From an uncultured Clostridia bacterium (GTDB taxonomy: Bacteria; Bacillota; Clostridia; Christensenellales; UBA1242), in the NCBI GenBank assembly GCA_947589025.1, contig CANQAY010000006.1:2755-66754 (forward strand): DNA of 64,000 bases, in the 5' to 3' direction. Positions 26,848 to 36,176 of this stretch are shown here, one piece after another. The first letter of the stretch is position 1. Every line of letters starts with the position of its first letter. The notes below the pieces were generated by a model. That model searched no databases, had not been told where the DNA came from, and saw only the letters and a program-made list of their open reading frames with translations. The translations under genes were made by a program, and so were the position numbers.

Positions 26848-28260
26848 TTATTTTTCATTTTCGTCAACTTCAGGCACATCGTTTGCGTCATACACGCCAA
26901 TAAATTCTGCCTTTTCATCGGCTGAAACATTTTTTAGGCTTAATCTGTGCAAATATTCGTTACTGCCAACTGTTAAATAAAAGTATACATAATCTTCATC
27001 AAAATCAAAGCCGTCAGTTTTTAGCCCATCTATTTTTGCAATGGTTATAATGTTAATTTGTGGGTTTGTTTCTGGGTTAAGCGAAAGGTCTATTGCTTTA
27101 ATAACGTTGTTGTTATCATAATATAACATAATGCCATCTTGCTTAAAGCCAAGAACATTTATTGTTGTGGCGTCTTTATCGGTTACATATAATTTTTGAG
27201 TTTGCATTTTGCTAGAATCGTCCACTTCAAAATATTCAATGTAAGAGCCAGAACTATCATTGTTAATGCAAATAACCCTAAATCTATTTGCAAATTTAAC
27301 TAAATGAGTGCTAGAAAAGTTAGAAACATCCCAAATAAAATCGGTTTTTATTTTGCTGTTAACATCGGCGTAAAGCAAATCTTGTGTGCCATCAACTTGG
27401 GTTTCGTAAAAAACTTTGTTTCCGCCAACAAACCTTAATGTAACTGTATTTTCTTCGGTTATAAAATCGGTTGAACTATTGTTAAACACATTATATTTTT
27501 TTATTTCTTTATTATTTTTAACATAAAATATATTTTCACCCAAATTTGATTGAGTGTCCGATTTTAAAATAATGCTTGTTACATCCTCACTAACAGTTTG
27601 AAGGCTGCCCAACTTTTTGTTGCCAACATTTATGCTAACAACACGGTTGGAAATTTTTTGTTTTTTGTTGTTATTATCTAAGTTATCACCTTTTTCGTAA
27701 ACAACCAAATATGTTTCCGCCCCATTGTTAAAAAAGCTAAATTCAACATTGGCATTTGTAACTTCGGAAGTGTAAATTTTTTCCACCCCAGAAGAATTAT
27801 CTAATTTAATGCGGTTAAAATCTACACGCTCACGCGCGTAGTTGCCGGAAGAATCTTCCCCTTGGCAGGCGCTTGTAAAATATAAATAATCCCCAAAAAT
27901 GAATAGCCCCGTAGCCTTAAAGCCACACAATTTGTTGCTTATTGTGCGATAATAACTATCATTCATCAAATCATTTTCGTTTTTATTAATTGTGCCATCA
28001 TCATTTAATTTTGCAACAACAAGCGAGCCAACGCTAAAGGTTTTTTTCTTGTCGGTTTCTGGCATGGTAGAATCATCCACAGCTAGATATCCATTAACAA
28101 AATAAACATAATTGCCCTTTCTAACCACCATGCCGCCATTGCCAATGGTTTGCATGTTGGCTGTTGGGTAATTAAAATCGTCCTTTTTGCCGCAAGCCGT
28201 TAAGCCAATTGTGAACACACACAACAACACACATATTAAAATTTTAGTAAACTTTTTCAT
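26848..28260 (-). CDS. Lipoprotein with beta-propeller-like repeats (DUF5050-like)
   Basis: Signal peptide with lipobox LTAC. The GNGGMVVRKGNYVYFVNGY segment resembles the DUF5050 family. Confidence 0.5.
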   Translation of the reverse strand: MKKFTKILICVLLCVFTIGLTACGKKDDFNYPTANMQTIGNGGMVVRKGNYVYFVNGYLAVDDSTMPETDKKKTFSVGSLVVAKLNDDGTINKNENDLMNDSYYRTISNKLCGFKATGLFIFGDYLYFTSACQGEDSSGNYARERVDFNRIKLDNSSGVEKIYTSEVTNANVEFSFFNNGAETYLVVYEKGDNLDNNNKKQKISNRVVSINVGNKKLGSLQTVSEDVTSIILKSDTQSNLGENIFYVKNNKEIKKYNVFNNSSTDFITEENTVTLRFVGGNKVFYETQVDGTQDLLYADVNSKIKTDFIWDVSNFSSTHLVKFANRFRVICINNDSSGSYIEYFEVDDSSKMQTQKLYVTDKDATTINVLGFKQDGIMLYYDNNNVIKAIDLSLNPETNPQINIITIAKIDGLKTDGFDFDEDYVYFYLTVGSNEYLHRLSLKNVSADEKAEFIGVYDANDVPEVDENEK

Positions 28261-28276
28261 TTTGTCTCCAACAACT

Positions 28277-28292
28277 TATATGTTAACATATA
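28277..28292. promoter_or_regulatory. Perfect 16-bp palindrome TATATGTTAACATATA
   Basis: Read directly from the sequence. It lies 17 nt upstream of the lipoprotein ATG within a divergent intergenic region. Confidence 0.3.
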
Positions 28293-28433
28293 AAAAGATT
28301 TTTGTCAATAAACTTTTAACTATTCTTAATAATAAAAAAAAATAAATTTGGCTTTAAAATTGCCAAAAAATGCATTATGTTGCAATGTTTTATGTTTTTT
28401 TACAATTTTCTTGTAATATGTTAAAAATTCAGT

Positions 28434-28449
28434 TGCTATAATATGTTAT
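28434..28449 (+). promoter_or_regulatory. Extended -10 box close to the start codon
   Basis: TGcTATAAT (28434-28442), then 7 nt, then ATG at 28450. No SD. Confidence 0.4.
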
Positions 28450-29271
28450 ATGAAAAGCAAAACTATTATAATTTCGCCAAATGAAGAAAATAAAACTGCG
28501 CGAGGGATTGTAACGCTTTATGTTGAAGATGAGCTTTTAAAATGCAAAATGAGGCTTTATAACGCGGAAAAACTTAACAAAAATTGCAAATTGGGTGTTT
28601 ATCATAACGAAGAAGTGTTTACGGCAAACTTAATTGAGCGTGAGGGCGTGTATTATAGCTCCCTTGTTGGAGATTTTAACATGGATGCCGACTTTTATTT
28701 GGCAATTATAGACATGCAAAATGCCAACAAAGTGCTGTTTTCTGGAGGCACATATGCGGGCTTTTATTTTAACGACAATTCCGTTTTTAATAGCGACGCG
28801 CAAGAAAACAAAACAGGCGATGAAACGCCTGTTGATAACTTAAACAACTGCCAAAATTGTGAAAATTGCAAATATAAAGAGTATTTTTATGGCGAAAATG
28901 TTAAAACAGCCAACGAAAATGTTAAAACCAATGAAGAGCCGCATCAAGCCAATTTAAATTTATTAGATAGCATTTTGCCACAATTTGATTATATTTTTAA
29001 AAATTATGAAGTTAATGAAGAGCTAACAAAACTAATTGAAAATTCTAAGTTCGTAAAAATGAACGAGGGGGAATATTCGCTTGGTGCAATTTATGAAAAT
29101 GGCCAAATTAAATATATTTGCTATGCGGTGAAAGTGAAATACAACACCCCCGCGCCAGAAGAACTGGGCAAACATTATCAGTGGTTGCCGCTAGATGGCG
29201 CCGACCCTTTGAGTGATGGCTATTACATTGTGTTTCAAGATGCTAAAGATTTAAAAATTATTGAAGTTTAA
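28450..29271 (+). CDS. Hypothetical protein
   Basis: 273-aa ORF with a central Cys cluster NCQNCENCKYKEY. No family recognised. Confidence 0.45.
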   Translation: MKSKTIIISPNEENKTARGIVTLYVEDELLKCKMRLYNAEKLNKNCKLGVYHNEEVFTANLIEREGVYYSSLVGDFNMDADFYLAIIDMQNANKVLFSGGTYAGFYFNDNSVFNSDAQENKTGDETPVDNLNNCQNCENCKYKEYFYGENVKTANENVKTNEEPHQANLNLLDSILPQFDYIFKNYEVNEELTKLIENSKFVKMNEGEYSLGAIYENGQIKYICYAVKVKYNTPAPEELGKHYQWLPLDGADPLSDGYYIVFQDAKDLKIIEV

Positions 29272-29273
29272 AC

Positions 29274-29301
29274 AAAAAAACTCTGTTTACAGAGTTTTTT
29301 T
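29274..29301. terminator. Bidirectional terminator
   Basis: Stem ACTCTG/CAGAGT (29280-29285 with 29290-29295), flanked by A7 and T7 tracts. Confidence 0.7.
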
Positions 29302-30397
29302 AGCCATTTATTGATTTTTCATAAACTTCGTTTGCATCTTGCAGGCAATTTGTTAATTTTTCAATTAATTTATCAACATCCTTTTTAAAAGTTGGGCAAA
29401 GCGCTTCTGCTTGGGCTTGAATGCCAACAATAAATTTTAAATAGCCTTGTGCCAATTCAAACACATTGCCGTTTATGCCCTCTGCTGTTTCAAAGCAAGC
29501 AAATGTTACAAAATTTTTGTTTTTATTATATTTTGAAATGTGATTAACATGATAAATTAACAAATTTATATAATCAAAATTTTCATATAAAGTTATTATG
29601 TTATAATAATTTTTATTATTTTTTAGCTCTTCAATTTTTGGTTCAATGTCAATTAATTTTTTAGAATAAAAATCCGTGTTAAAGGCATTGGTTATTTGGC
29701 ACAAATTGTTATAATTTTCAGCAAAATTTACACCATCATAAATATCGGCATTGTGCAAGTGGTGTTTATCGGTTAACAAATCGGGCTTAATGTAAAGCCT
29801 TGTTTGGCGTTCTAAAATAACGCAATTTCTAAAGCACAACAAATTATCCAAATCGGCATCAAAATTGTAATTTAAATAATAATTTTTAAATTTTATTGCA
29901 CTTTTTAAATATAATTCTTCAGTTAAAACATAATAAAGCGTTAACGCCTCACCGGCATACTGCCTTAGTTTTTTTAATGGCGCAAACTTGTTAATTTTTG
30001 CTTTTATTGAGCGGTTAGATTTGTTAAATTGCATGTAAAGTTTTTGCTCGGCCTCGCGCAATTCGTTTCGCGCAAATTCAATATCTTTAATTTGAGTTTC
30101 TTCAACTATGCAATTTGGCACGTTAAAGGCGGTTTTTTCAACGTTAAATTTTTCACAAAACGCGTTTATGGCACTAACGTATAATTTATAAACAGCTTTG
30201 CAATATTTTCTAAAAAGCTCCCACTCCCAATAATCGGGGCAAGATCTATCAAAACTATCTCGTTTTTGATAGTAATATTTATAATCAAATTCGGGCGGAT
30301 AAACAATTTCGGTTGGCTTGGCAGCGTGGGCATATTCAGGCAAAACATATTCGCCATCTAAATTTTCGCCACTGGAATAATACGCGTGAGTTGACAT
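29300..30397 (-). CDS. Hypothetical protein
   Basis: Start at MSTHAYY (30397) with a GGAGGTG SD. No family recognised. Confidence 0.45.
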   Translation of the reverse strand: MSTHAYYSSGENLDGEYVLPEYAHAAKPTEIVYPPEFDYKYYYQKRDSFDRSCPDYWEWELFRKYCKAVYKLYVSAINAFCEKFNVEKTAFNVPNCIVEETQIKDIEFARNELREAEQKLYMQFNKSNRSIKAKINKFAPLKKLRQYAGEALTLYYVLTEELYLKSAIKFKNYYLNYNFDADLDNLLCFRNCVILERQTRLYIKPDLLTDKHHLHNADIYDGVNFAENYNNLCQITNAFNTDFYSKKLIDIEPKIEELKNNKNYYNIITLYENFDYINLLIYHVNHISKYNKNKNFVTFACFETAEGINGNVFELAQGYLKFIVGIQAQAEALCPTFKKDVDKLIEKLTNCLQDANEVYEKSING

Positions 30398-30454
30398 ATC
30401 CACCTCCAAAAAATTGTCGAAATTTGTATTATTATAACAAAAAAATTAAATTTT

Positions 30455-30622
30455 TCAAGTGTTTTTTAAAATTTTAACATTCACAAGGGTTAAAAATTTG
30501 CAATTAAAAAACGCATTATCCCCAATTACTGCAACCCCTTCCCAAAATTTTTTTGGATTAGAATTTAGCAATTCAATATCTTCCTTCCCCACATCGGTTA
30601 AAACACCATTTTCCTTGTTCAT
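30455..30622 (-). CDS. Small protein containing a single BspA-type leucine-rich-repeat-like segment
   Basis: Start at MNKENG (30622) with an AGGAG SD. The IGDNAFFNCKFLTLVNV segment resembles one LRR unit, so this may be a gene remnant. Confidence 0.3.
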   Translation of the reverse strand: MNKENGVLTDVGKEDIELLNSNPKKFWEGVAVIGDNAFFNCKFLTLVNVKILKNT

Positions 30623-30673
30623 TAGTGCTCCTATATAATATATTGTAACATGTAATGTTAAGTTAATCAATAT

Positions 30674-31756
30674 CTATTTAACAAGTTCGTTTATTCTACC
30701 GCCGCCGTAGCACATGCCATCTTCCGCATATAACACGGCAAACTGACCAATCGTAACTGCCTTTTGCGGCTCAAAAAATTTAAGTTCTATTGTGTGTTCG
30801 TCAATAATATGCACATGAGTTTGTTGGTCCGGCTGGCGGTATCTTAGTTTTACAAAGCAATCAAAATCCTTAGTGGGCGTATCCGCAATCCAATTAAAAT
30901 TAGTGACAATTGTGCCGCGGCTGTAAAGCGCGCTATCGTCCCCCTCGCTAACATAAAGGGTGTTGGTTTTAACATCCTTTTTAACCACAAACCACCTGCC
31001 CTCATGCCCATTTTTGCCGCCAAGGTTAAGCCCTCGGCGTTGGCCTATTGTGTAATACATAACGCCGTCATGCTCACCCACTTTGTTGCCATTTAAATCT
31101 AAAATATTTCCTTTTTTTGCGGGCAAATAGGTTTTTAAAAAGTTTTTAAATTTCCTTTCCCCAATAAAGCAAATGCCGGTGCTATCCTTTTTTTCGGCGG
31201 TGGAAAGGCCAAGTTTTTTGGCAATTTTTCTTACCTCAGTTTTATCTATATCCGCAAGCGGAAACAAAGTTTTTTCAAGTTGAGATTGATTTAATTGATT
31301 TAAAAAATATGTTTGGTCTTTATTTTTATCGGCAGATTTATACAAATAAACTTTGCCGTTTTTATCCACACGCTTGCAATAGTGCCCGGTGGCAATATAG
31401 TCCGCCCCCAACTCCATGGCATGCTTTAAAAATGGGCCAAATTTAATTTCTCGGTTACAAAGCACATCTGGGTTTGGGGTGTAACCCATTGCATATTCAT
31501 CAAGCAAATATTTAAACACGCGCTCGTTATACTCCTTGGCGTAATTCACTGTGTAATATGGTATGCCAATTTTGTTGGCAACGCGCTTAACATCTTCAAA
31601 ATCCGCTTCGGCGGTGCAGTTGCCTTGGGCATCATTTTCCTCCCAATTAAGCATAAAAAGACCAACAACATTGTAACCCTGTTGTTTTAACAAATATGCC
31701 GCAACCGAACTATCCACCCCGCCCGATAGCCCTACAACCACTGTTTTATTTTTCAT
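30674..31756 (-). CDS. mnmA: tRNA 2-thiouridine(34) synthase
   Basis: 360 aa with the PP-loop motif VGLSGGVDSSVAAYLL and typical MnmA length and C-terminal barrel. Confidence 0.95.
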   Translation of the reverse strand: MKNKTVVVGLSGGVDSSVAAYLLKQQGYNVVGLFMLNWEENDAQGNCTAEADFEDVKRVANKIGIPYYTVNYAKEYNERVFKYLLDEYAMGYTPNPDVLCNREIKFGPFLKHAMELGADYIATGHYCKRVDKNGKVYLYKSADKNKDQTYFLNQLNQSQLEKTLFPLADIDKTEVRKIAKKLGLSTAEKKDSTGICFIGERKFKNFLKTYLPAKKGNILDLNGNKVGEHDGVMYYTIGQRRGLNLGGKNGHEGRWFVVKKDVKTNTLYVSEGDDSALYSRGTIVTNFNWIADTPTKDFDCFVKLRYRQPDQQTHVHIIDEHTIELKFFEPQKAVTIGQFAVLYAEDGMCYGGGRINELVK

Positions 31757-31765
31757 AACATCCTT

Positions 31766-32239
31766 TTAAATTTTTGGCAAACTTACCGGAATTTTAAATT
31801 TATTAAAACAAACCTTTGCAATGTCCACAATCCACAACATAATAACAAAGCCCCACACAAGCACCAAAAGGTAAAAAATTTGAAATAGATCCCCTGATGG
31901 GGTGGCTTTAACCACATAACTAAAAACGCCATTTACAATGCCAATTATTGCAAAAATTGTGAAGAAAATGCCCATTTTGTAGCGCCCAACATAATAATAA
32001 TGTGCACCAATAAAACCAAAAAATAAGGTTAAAAGCAACAATTTAACGCGATTTACATCGCTTGGGCAACCCTTTCTTAACAAAACGCGCTCTTTTTCAT
32101 TATTTAAAAGGGCAAATTTGCCCTCGGTATTTGTTGCATGCTCAAATTTTTGATAGTTTAATTGACACCTTGGGCAAACAGCCATCTCTTTAGGAACTTT
32201 AAAGTTGCACCTTGGGCAACGCTTGTTTTCAAATTTCAT
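31766..32239 (-). CDS. Zinc-ribbon plus TM2 domain membrane protein
   Basis: N-terminal CPRCN...CPRCQ zinc ribbon followed by TM2-like helices (FFGFIGAHYYYVGRYKMG). Confidence 0.6.
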   Translation of the reverse strand: MKFENKRCPRCNFKVPKEMAVCPRCQLNYQKFEHATNTEGKFALLNNEKERVLLRKGCPSDVNRVKLLLLTLFFGFIGAHYYYVGRYKMGIFFTIFAIIGIVNGVFSYVVKATPSGDLFQIFYLLVLVWGFVIMLWIVDIAKVCFNKFKIPVSLPKI

Positions 32240-32254
32240 ATGTTAATTATAACA
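32240..32254 (-). promoter_or_regulatory. Extended -10 box placed for a leaderless start
   Basis: The minus strand reads TGtTATAAT, then taacat (6 nt), then ATG at 32239. Confidence 0.5.
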
Positions 32255-32366
32255 CATTATTAACTTTTTGCCAATAGTTTAATAAAAAAAATAAAAAGTT
32301 GAATTTTAACTTGTTTTTTGTGGATTTTTTATTATAAATGTTTTAAAATATAAATAGAGGTAAATT

Positions 32367-32789
32367 ATGTTTATTTTGTCTTGTGACCATGCTGGGTTTG
32401 ACTATGTTCAGCGTTTGATGAAAGATTTTGATTTAAACAAACAAAAATATAAATATTTTGGGCCAAAAACTTTTAATGCGGATGATGATTATCCTGATTT
32501 TGTTGCCCCAGCGGCGGCAGAGGTTGCCAAAAGTAAAAACAACATTGGCATTTTTTTGTGCGGCAGTGGAATTGGCGCCAACATTGTTGCCAACAGGCAA
32601 AAGGGCGTTAGAGCGGTTTGTGCCCTAACTTGCGAAAGCGCATATTGGGCGCGCCATGATGACGACGCAAACGTTTTAACCACGGGCGCAAGGTTTATTA
32701 GCTATAAAAAATTTGTTAAAATTCTTGATGTGTTTTTAACCACAAAATTTGAAGGCGGCAGGCATTTAAGACGAATTAAAAAATATTAA
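32367..32789 (+). CDS. rpiB: Ribose-5-phosphate isomerase B (RpiB/LacA/LacB family)
   Basis: 140 aa with the motifs SCDHAGF and GIFLCGSGIGANIVANRQKGVRA. AGAGGT SD. Confidence 0.88.
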   Translation: MFILSCDHAGFDYVQRLMKDFDLNKQKYKYFGPKTFNADDDYPDFVAPAAAEVAKSKNNIGIFLCGSGIGANIVANRQKGVRAVCALTCESAYWARHDDDANVLTTGARFISYKKFVKILDVFLTTKFEGGRHLRRIKKY

Positions 32790-32815
32790 AAATAGCCATG
32801 CGGCTATTTTTTTAA
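32788..32815. terminator. Bidirectional terminator
   Basis: Stem ATAGCC/GGCTAT (32792-32797 with 32802-32807), flanked by an A-run and a T7 tract. Confidence 0.65.
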
Positions 32816-33726
32816 AACCTTGGCGTGTAAATTGAATTTGCGCTTGTTAGATCTTGCACAAAGGCGTTTTTTAAGCCTAAATTTAGCGCGCAATTTACAA
32901 CGCGTTTATATTCAAGCGGGGTAATTTTTCTATTAATTTCGGGGTAATTTTTTGCTTCGTATCGGGGTTCGTACTGGCTCATTATGCTAACAATTGTGCC
33001 TTCACCCAAATTATCTTTAATAAACTGCAAACATTTTATGCTATCGTCAGTGTTATTTGGCAACACCAAATGCCTAACAATTAACCCGCGCTGCATAACG
33101 CCGTTAACAATTATGTCGTTGGGGGCGTTTTTTTTCATTTGAATTATGCTTTGCATGGCGTTCTCTACATAATTTGGGGCCATGCTATATTTAATTGCCT
33201 TTTCGTTGCTAAAATATTTTAAATCCACCAAATAAATATCCACATAATCTTTAAGCTTTTCAATTGTTGCTGCCCGCTCGTATCCGCTAGAGTTCCACAC
33301 CACTGGGATTTTTGGCTTATATATTTTTAATGCCTCTATAATTTGATTTGTAAAATGCGTTGGGGTTACTAAATTGATGTTAGCTGCGCCCAATTTTTCT
33401 AACTTTTTAAAAATTTTTGCTAGTTTTTTTACACTTATGGTTTTGCCCTTATTTTTGTGGCTTATTGGATAATTTTGACAAAACACACACTTTAAATTGC
33501 AGCCGGCAAAAAAAATTGCACCGCTGCCCTTATTTACGCTTATTATTGGCTCTTCATACTGGTGCAACATAACCTTGCTAACTTTTAATTTATTAAGCCC
33601 ACAAAAGCCTTTAACTTTGGCCCTATCCACCCCGCAACGCCTTGGGCAAATGTTACATTCCACAAAATTAGTGTAAATAATTAAAATTTTTTTGTCAAGA
33701 GCTTGTTCTATTTTAATTAACCACAA
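32812..33726 (-). CDS. Radical SAM protein (PflX-like activating-enzyme family)
   Basis: CxxxCxxC motif GCNLKCVFCQN plus an N-terminal Cys motif CNICPRRCGVDR. The start codon is uncertain (TTG in the ORF track). Confidence 0.75.
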   Translation of the reverse strand: MWLIKIEQALDKKILIIYTNFVECNICPRRCGVDRAKVKGFCGLNKLKVSKVMLHQYEEPIISVNKGSGAIFFAGCNLKCVFCQNYPISHKNKGKTISVKKLAKIFKKLEKLGAANINLVTPTHFTNQIIEALKIYKPKIPVVWNSSGYERAATIEKLKDYVDIYLVDLKYFSNEKAIKYSMAPNYVENAMQSIIQMKKNAPNDIIVNGVMQRGLIVRHLVLPNNTDDSIKCLQFIKDNLGEGTIVSIMSQYEPRYEAKNYPEINRKITPLEYKRVVNCALNLGLKNAFVQDLTSANSIYTPRF

Positions 33727-33750
33727 AATAAAATATTTTGAGGTTTGAAT

Positions 33751-34440
33751 ATGAAAAAGAAAATTTTTGTTTGTTTACTTTTGCTTGTTGCTGTTTTTAG
33801 CTTTACTGCTTGCGGAAAAACAGATGTTAACTTGGCAGATTTTGTTATTGAAGAGCGTTACAACATCTATTCAGGTGCGGATAATAACTATATGGTTACC
33901 TTTTCTAGTGGCATGCGAGAAGAAAATTATGCCCTTGACGGCATAAAAAACAACATGATTGAGTTTGGCATTTTAACAATTTCAAAAATTGACAATACCG
34001 CCATGAAACAGCAAGACTATTCTTACAATATTACAATTGGAGATTTTAACGCCAGCGGCACATTAACAAAAAATGATTATTACAACGGATGCTATTCGGT
34101 GGATGTTAACAAGGCAGCATTAAACAACGAACCTGTTACCGTGAACATAACCGCTAACAATGTTGCTTTTAGCAAAGAGCTTGACAACAACAGCAAAGAT
34201 TTTAGCGTGGATAAATCCGCCGCACTTAACATTGCCAACAGCGAACTTAAAACTGAAGTTAGTGAGCTAACTAAGGATAAAAATAACAAAATTGAGGTGG
34301 TTGTTAAAATAATTAACGACTATTCTACAATGGGCGTAAAAAATTATTATTGGTATGTGGGCGTTATATCAACAAACAACGAAACTATTGGTGTTTTAAT
34401 TGATGCAAACACGGGTGATATTATATCAAAAAAGGTTTAG
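33751..34440 (+). CDS. Lipoprotein, hypothetical
   Basis: Start at MKKKIFV with a GAGG SD and lipobox FTAC. The C-terminal ~60 aa look PepSY-like. Confidence 0.5.
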   Translation: MKKKIFVCLLLLVAVFSFTACGKTDVNLADFVIEERYNIYSGADNNYMVTFSSGMREENYALDGIKNNMIEFGILTISKIDNTAMKQQDYSYNITIGDFNASGTLTKNDYYNGCYSVDVNKAALNNEPVTVNITANNVAFSKELDNNSKDFSVDKSAALNIANSELKTEVSELTKDKNNKIEVVVKIINDYSTMGVKNYYWYVGVISTNNETIGVLIDANTGDIISKKV

Positions 34441-34441
34441 C

Positions 34442-34897
34442 TTAGCTAAACTTTTTTAATTTGTTAATAACCCATTTGTATTGATCTGCCAACTCGTAAA
34501 TATCAATAAATGCCTCATCAATTTCCTTCATGTTAAGAATGGTGAGCGCGCTGGCAACCAAATTAACATCGTTAAATTTAATAAACTTTAAATTATACTC
34601 ATCTATTGTAAGTTTAAAGTTTAATTTTTGAGAGATGGCCTCCCCCGCAATAGAAGAAAAAAAATCAAAAAACATGTTTTTGTAATTGTAAGCGCACCTA
34701 ATGCCAATGGCATCGCAAAGCTTTGCCACACACACTTCTTTAATTTTTTCCGTCAATTTTTCGGCATAATAAATTGAATGCGAAAAATTTAAATAGTTGT
34801 TTAATCTAGTTAAAATTTCATTTTCACTATTTACAATGTCGTTTTTAGAATAAATTGAAAGTTCCACGAAACGAAGTTTAACATTGTTTTTGTACAA
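34442..34897 (-). CDS. Hypothetical protein
   Basis: 151-aa ORF with an uncertain TTG start and no SD. A TTTTGTACAAAA palindrome overlaps the start (34888-34899). Confidence 0.35.
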   Translation of the reverse strand: MYKNNVKLRFVELSIYSKNDIVNSENEILTRLNNYLNFSHSIYYAEKLTEKIKEVCVAKLCDAIGIRCAYNYKNMFFDFFSSIAGEAISQKLNFKLTIDEYNLKFIKFNDVNLVASALTILNMKEIDEAFIDIYELADQYKWVINKLKKFS

Positions 34898-34922
34898 AAG
34901 TCAAACATTTTTTACAAAAATA

Positions 34923-35258
34923 TTAAAAATTTGACACTTTTGTTAAACTTTCGCGTTCAAACTTAAGTTTCATCTGCTTATATTTGTCGGATAAATCGAA
35001 TATGTACTTTTGTTGTGCCTCTTTTGAAAGGCTGTTGTAATATTTTCTATCTATAAGTTCTTGAATTGGGTTTATAACAATTTCGTCTCGCATTAAAAGT
35101 TTTTTAACCCTTTCATATAGGTCTTGTTCTTCGTTTGTAAAAGACGCTTTTGCGTAAGGCAGCTGTTCAAAAATAGATTTTTCTTTGTTAAAATTTTTCA
35201 TTCTACTTTTGGCGTCCTTTGCCAAAAAATAAAGTTTGCCTTTTATCTTTTTTCTCAT
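34923..35258 (-). CDS. Hypothetical protein
   Basis: 111-aa basic protein with a GGGGGAA SD. No family recognised. Confidence 0.45.
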   Translation of the reverse strand: MRKKIKGKLYFLAKDAKSRMKNFNKEKSIFEQLPYAKASFTNEEQDLYERVKKLLMRDEIVINPIQELIDRKYYNSLSKEAQQKYIFDLSDKYKQMKLKFERESLTKVSNF

Positions 35259-35358
35259 AATTCCCCCTAATTAAAAGGATAACCCTATGCAAAAATGATA
35301 GCAAACTTTTTTGTGTGTTTATTTTGTCTTATTTTATATTATTTTGTCTTAAATTCTG

Positions 35359-36114
35359 TTATTGTTTGTTAGATTTCTTTTTGTTTTTACCAAACAATTG
35401 GTCCAAAATTTCATCAATTTTTTCTTTATAACGTATGCTTAAATAAAATAATATTGCCATAACAATTAAAATTACGCCCCACACGGCAAGCCCCCAACCG
35501 TGGAACGGAATTATTGCCCCACTGCCAAAGAAAACGGTGCAGGCAATGCCAAGGCCGCGCGCCAGCACATTCGTCCACAAAAAGAATGGGAATGTCATGT
35601 TAGTAAGCCCTGCAATTACGCACAAAATGTCATCTGGAAACATAGGGAAAAGCATCATAAGGAAAAACAAATATTTTCCGCCGCTTATTTTTTTAATCCA
35701 CTTTTCTGCCGTCTCTTTGCCTATTAGCCAATTTAAAAATTTGCGCCCCGCTTTGCGGCCGATAAAAAACATAATTATGCTGCCCACCATAACCGCCACA
35801 AAACTCATAATAAACGCCGGCCACCTGCCAAATATAACCGCGCCGGCAACAGTTACAAAAAATGCGGGTATTTGCAGCACGGTGGTTTGCAAAATTTGAA
35901 ACAATATAAACACAATAAAACTAAACGCGCCGCCTTTAAGCACAATGGCACGGATTTTTTCTATTGAATTAACTTTTTCCCACAAATTGGTGGCACGCAA
36001 AATTAAAAAAACTATTAAACACACAATTGCCACAACAAAAAGCACAAGAATTAGGCGCATAATCTTGCCGTGCGTGGTTTTTGTGTCAAATAGTTTTTTA
36101 ATTTTTTCTTTCAT
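35359..36114 (-). CDS. TVP38/TMEM64 (DedA-related) family membrane protein
   Basis: 251-aa polytopic protein with the typical FPMFPDDILCVIAGLT segment. Confidence 0.7.
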   Translation of the reverse strand: MKEKIKKLFDTKTTHGKIMRLILVLFVVAIVCLIVFLILRATNLWEKVNSIEKIRAIVLKGGAFSFIVFILFQILQTTVLQIPAFFVTVAGAVIFGRWPAFIMSFVAVMVGSIIMFFIGRKAGRKFLNWLIGKETAEKWIKKISGGKYLFFLMMLFPMFPDDILCVIAGLTNMTFPFFLWTNVLARGLGIACTVFFGSGAIIPFHGWGLAVWGVILIVMAILFYLSIRYKEKIDEILDQLFGKNKKKSNKQ

Positions 36115-36176
36115 ATATTATTGTATTATTATTTTATTTAAAATTTAATTAAAAATACAATAAATGCTCATTTTTG

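Noticed and set aside
30455-30670. Full 71-aa ORF as a bona fide LRR surface protein.
   Set aside because: Only one LRR-like unit is present and there is no signal peptide. It was kept only as a low-confidence small ORF or remnant starting at the SD-preceded Met (30622).
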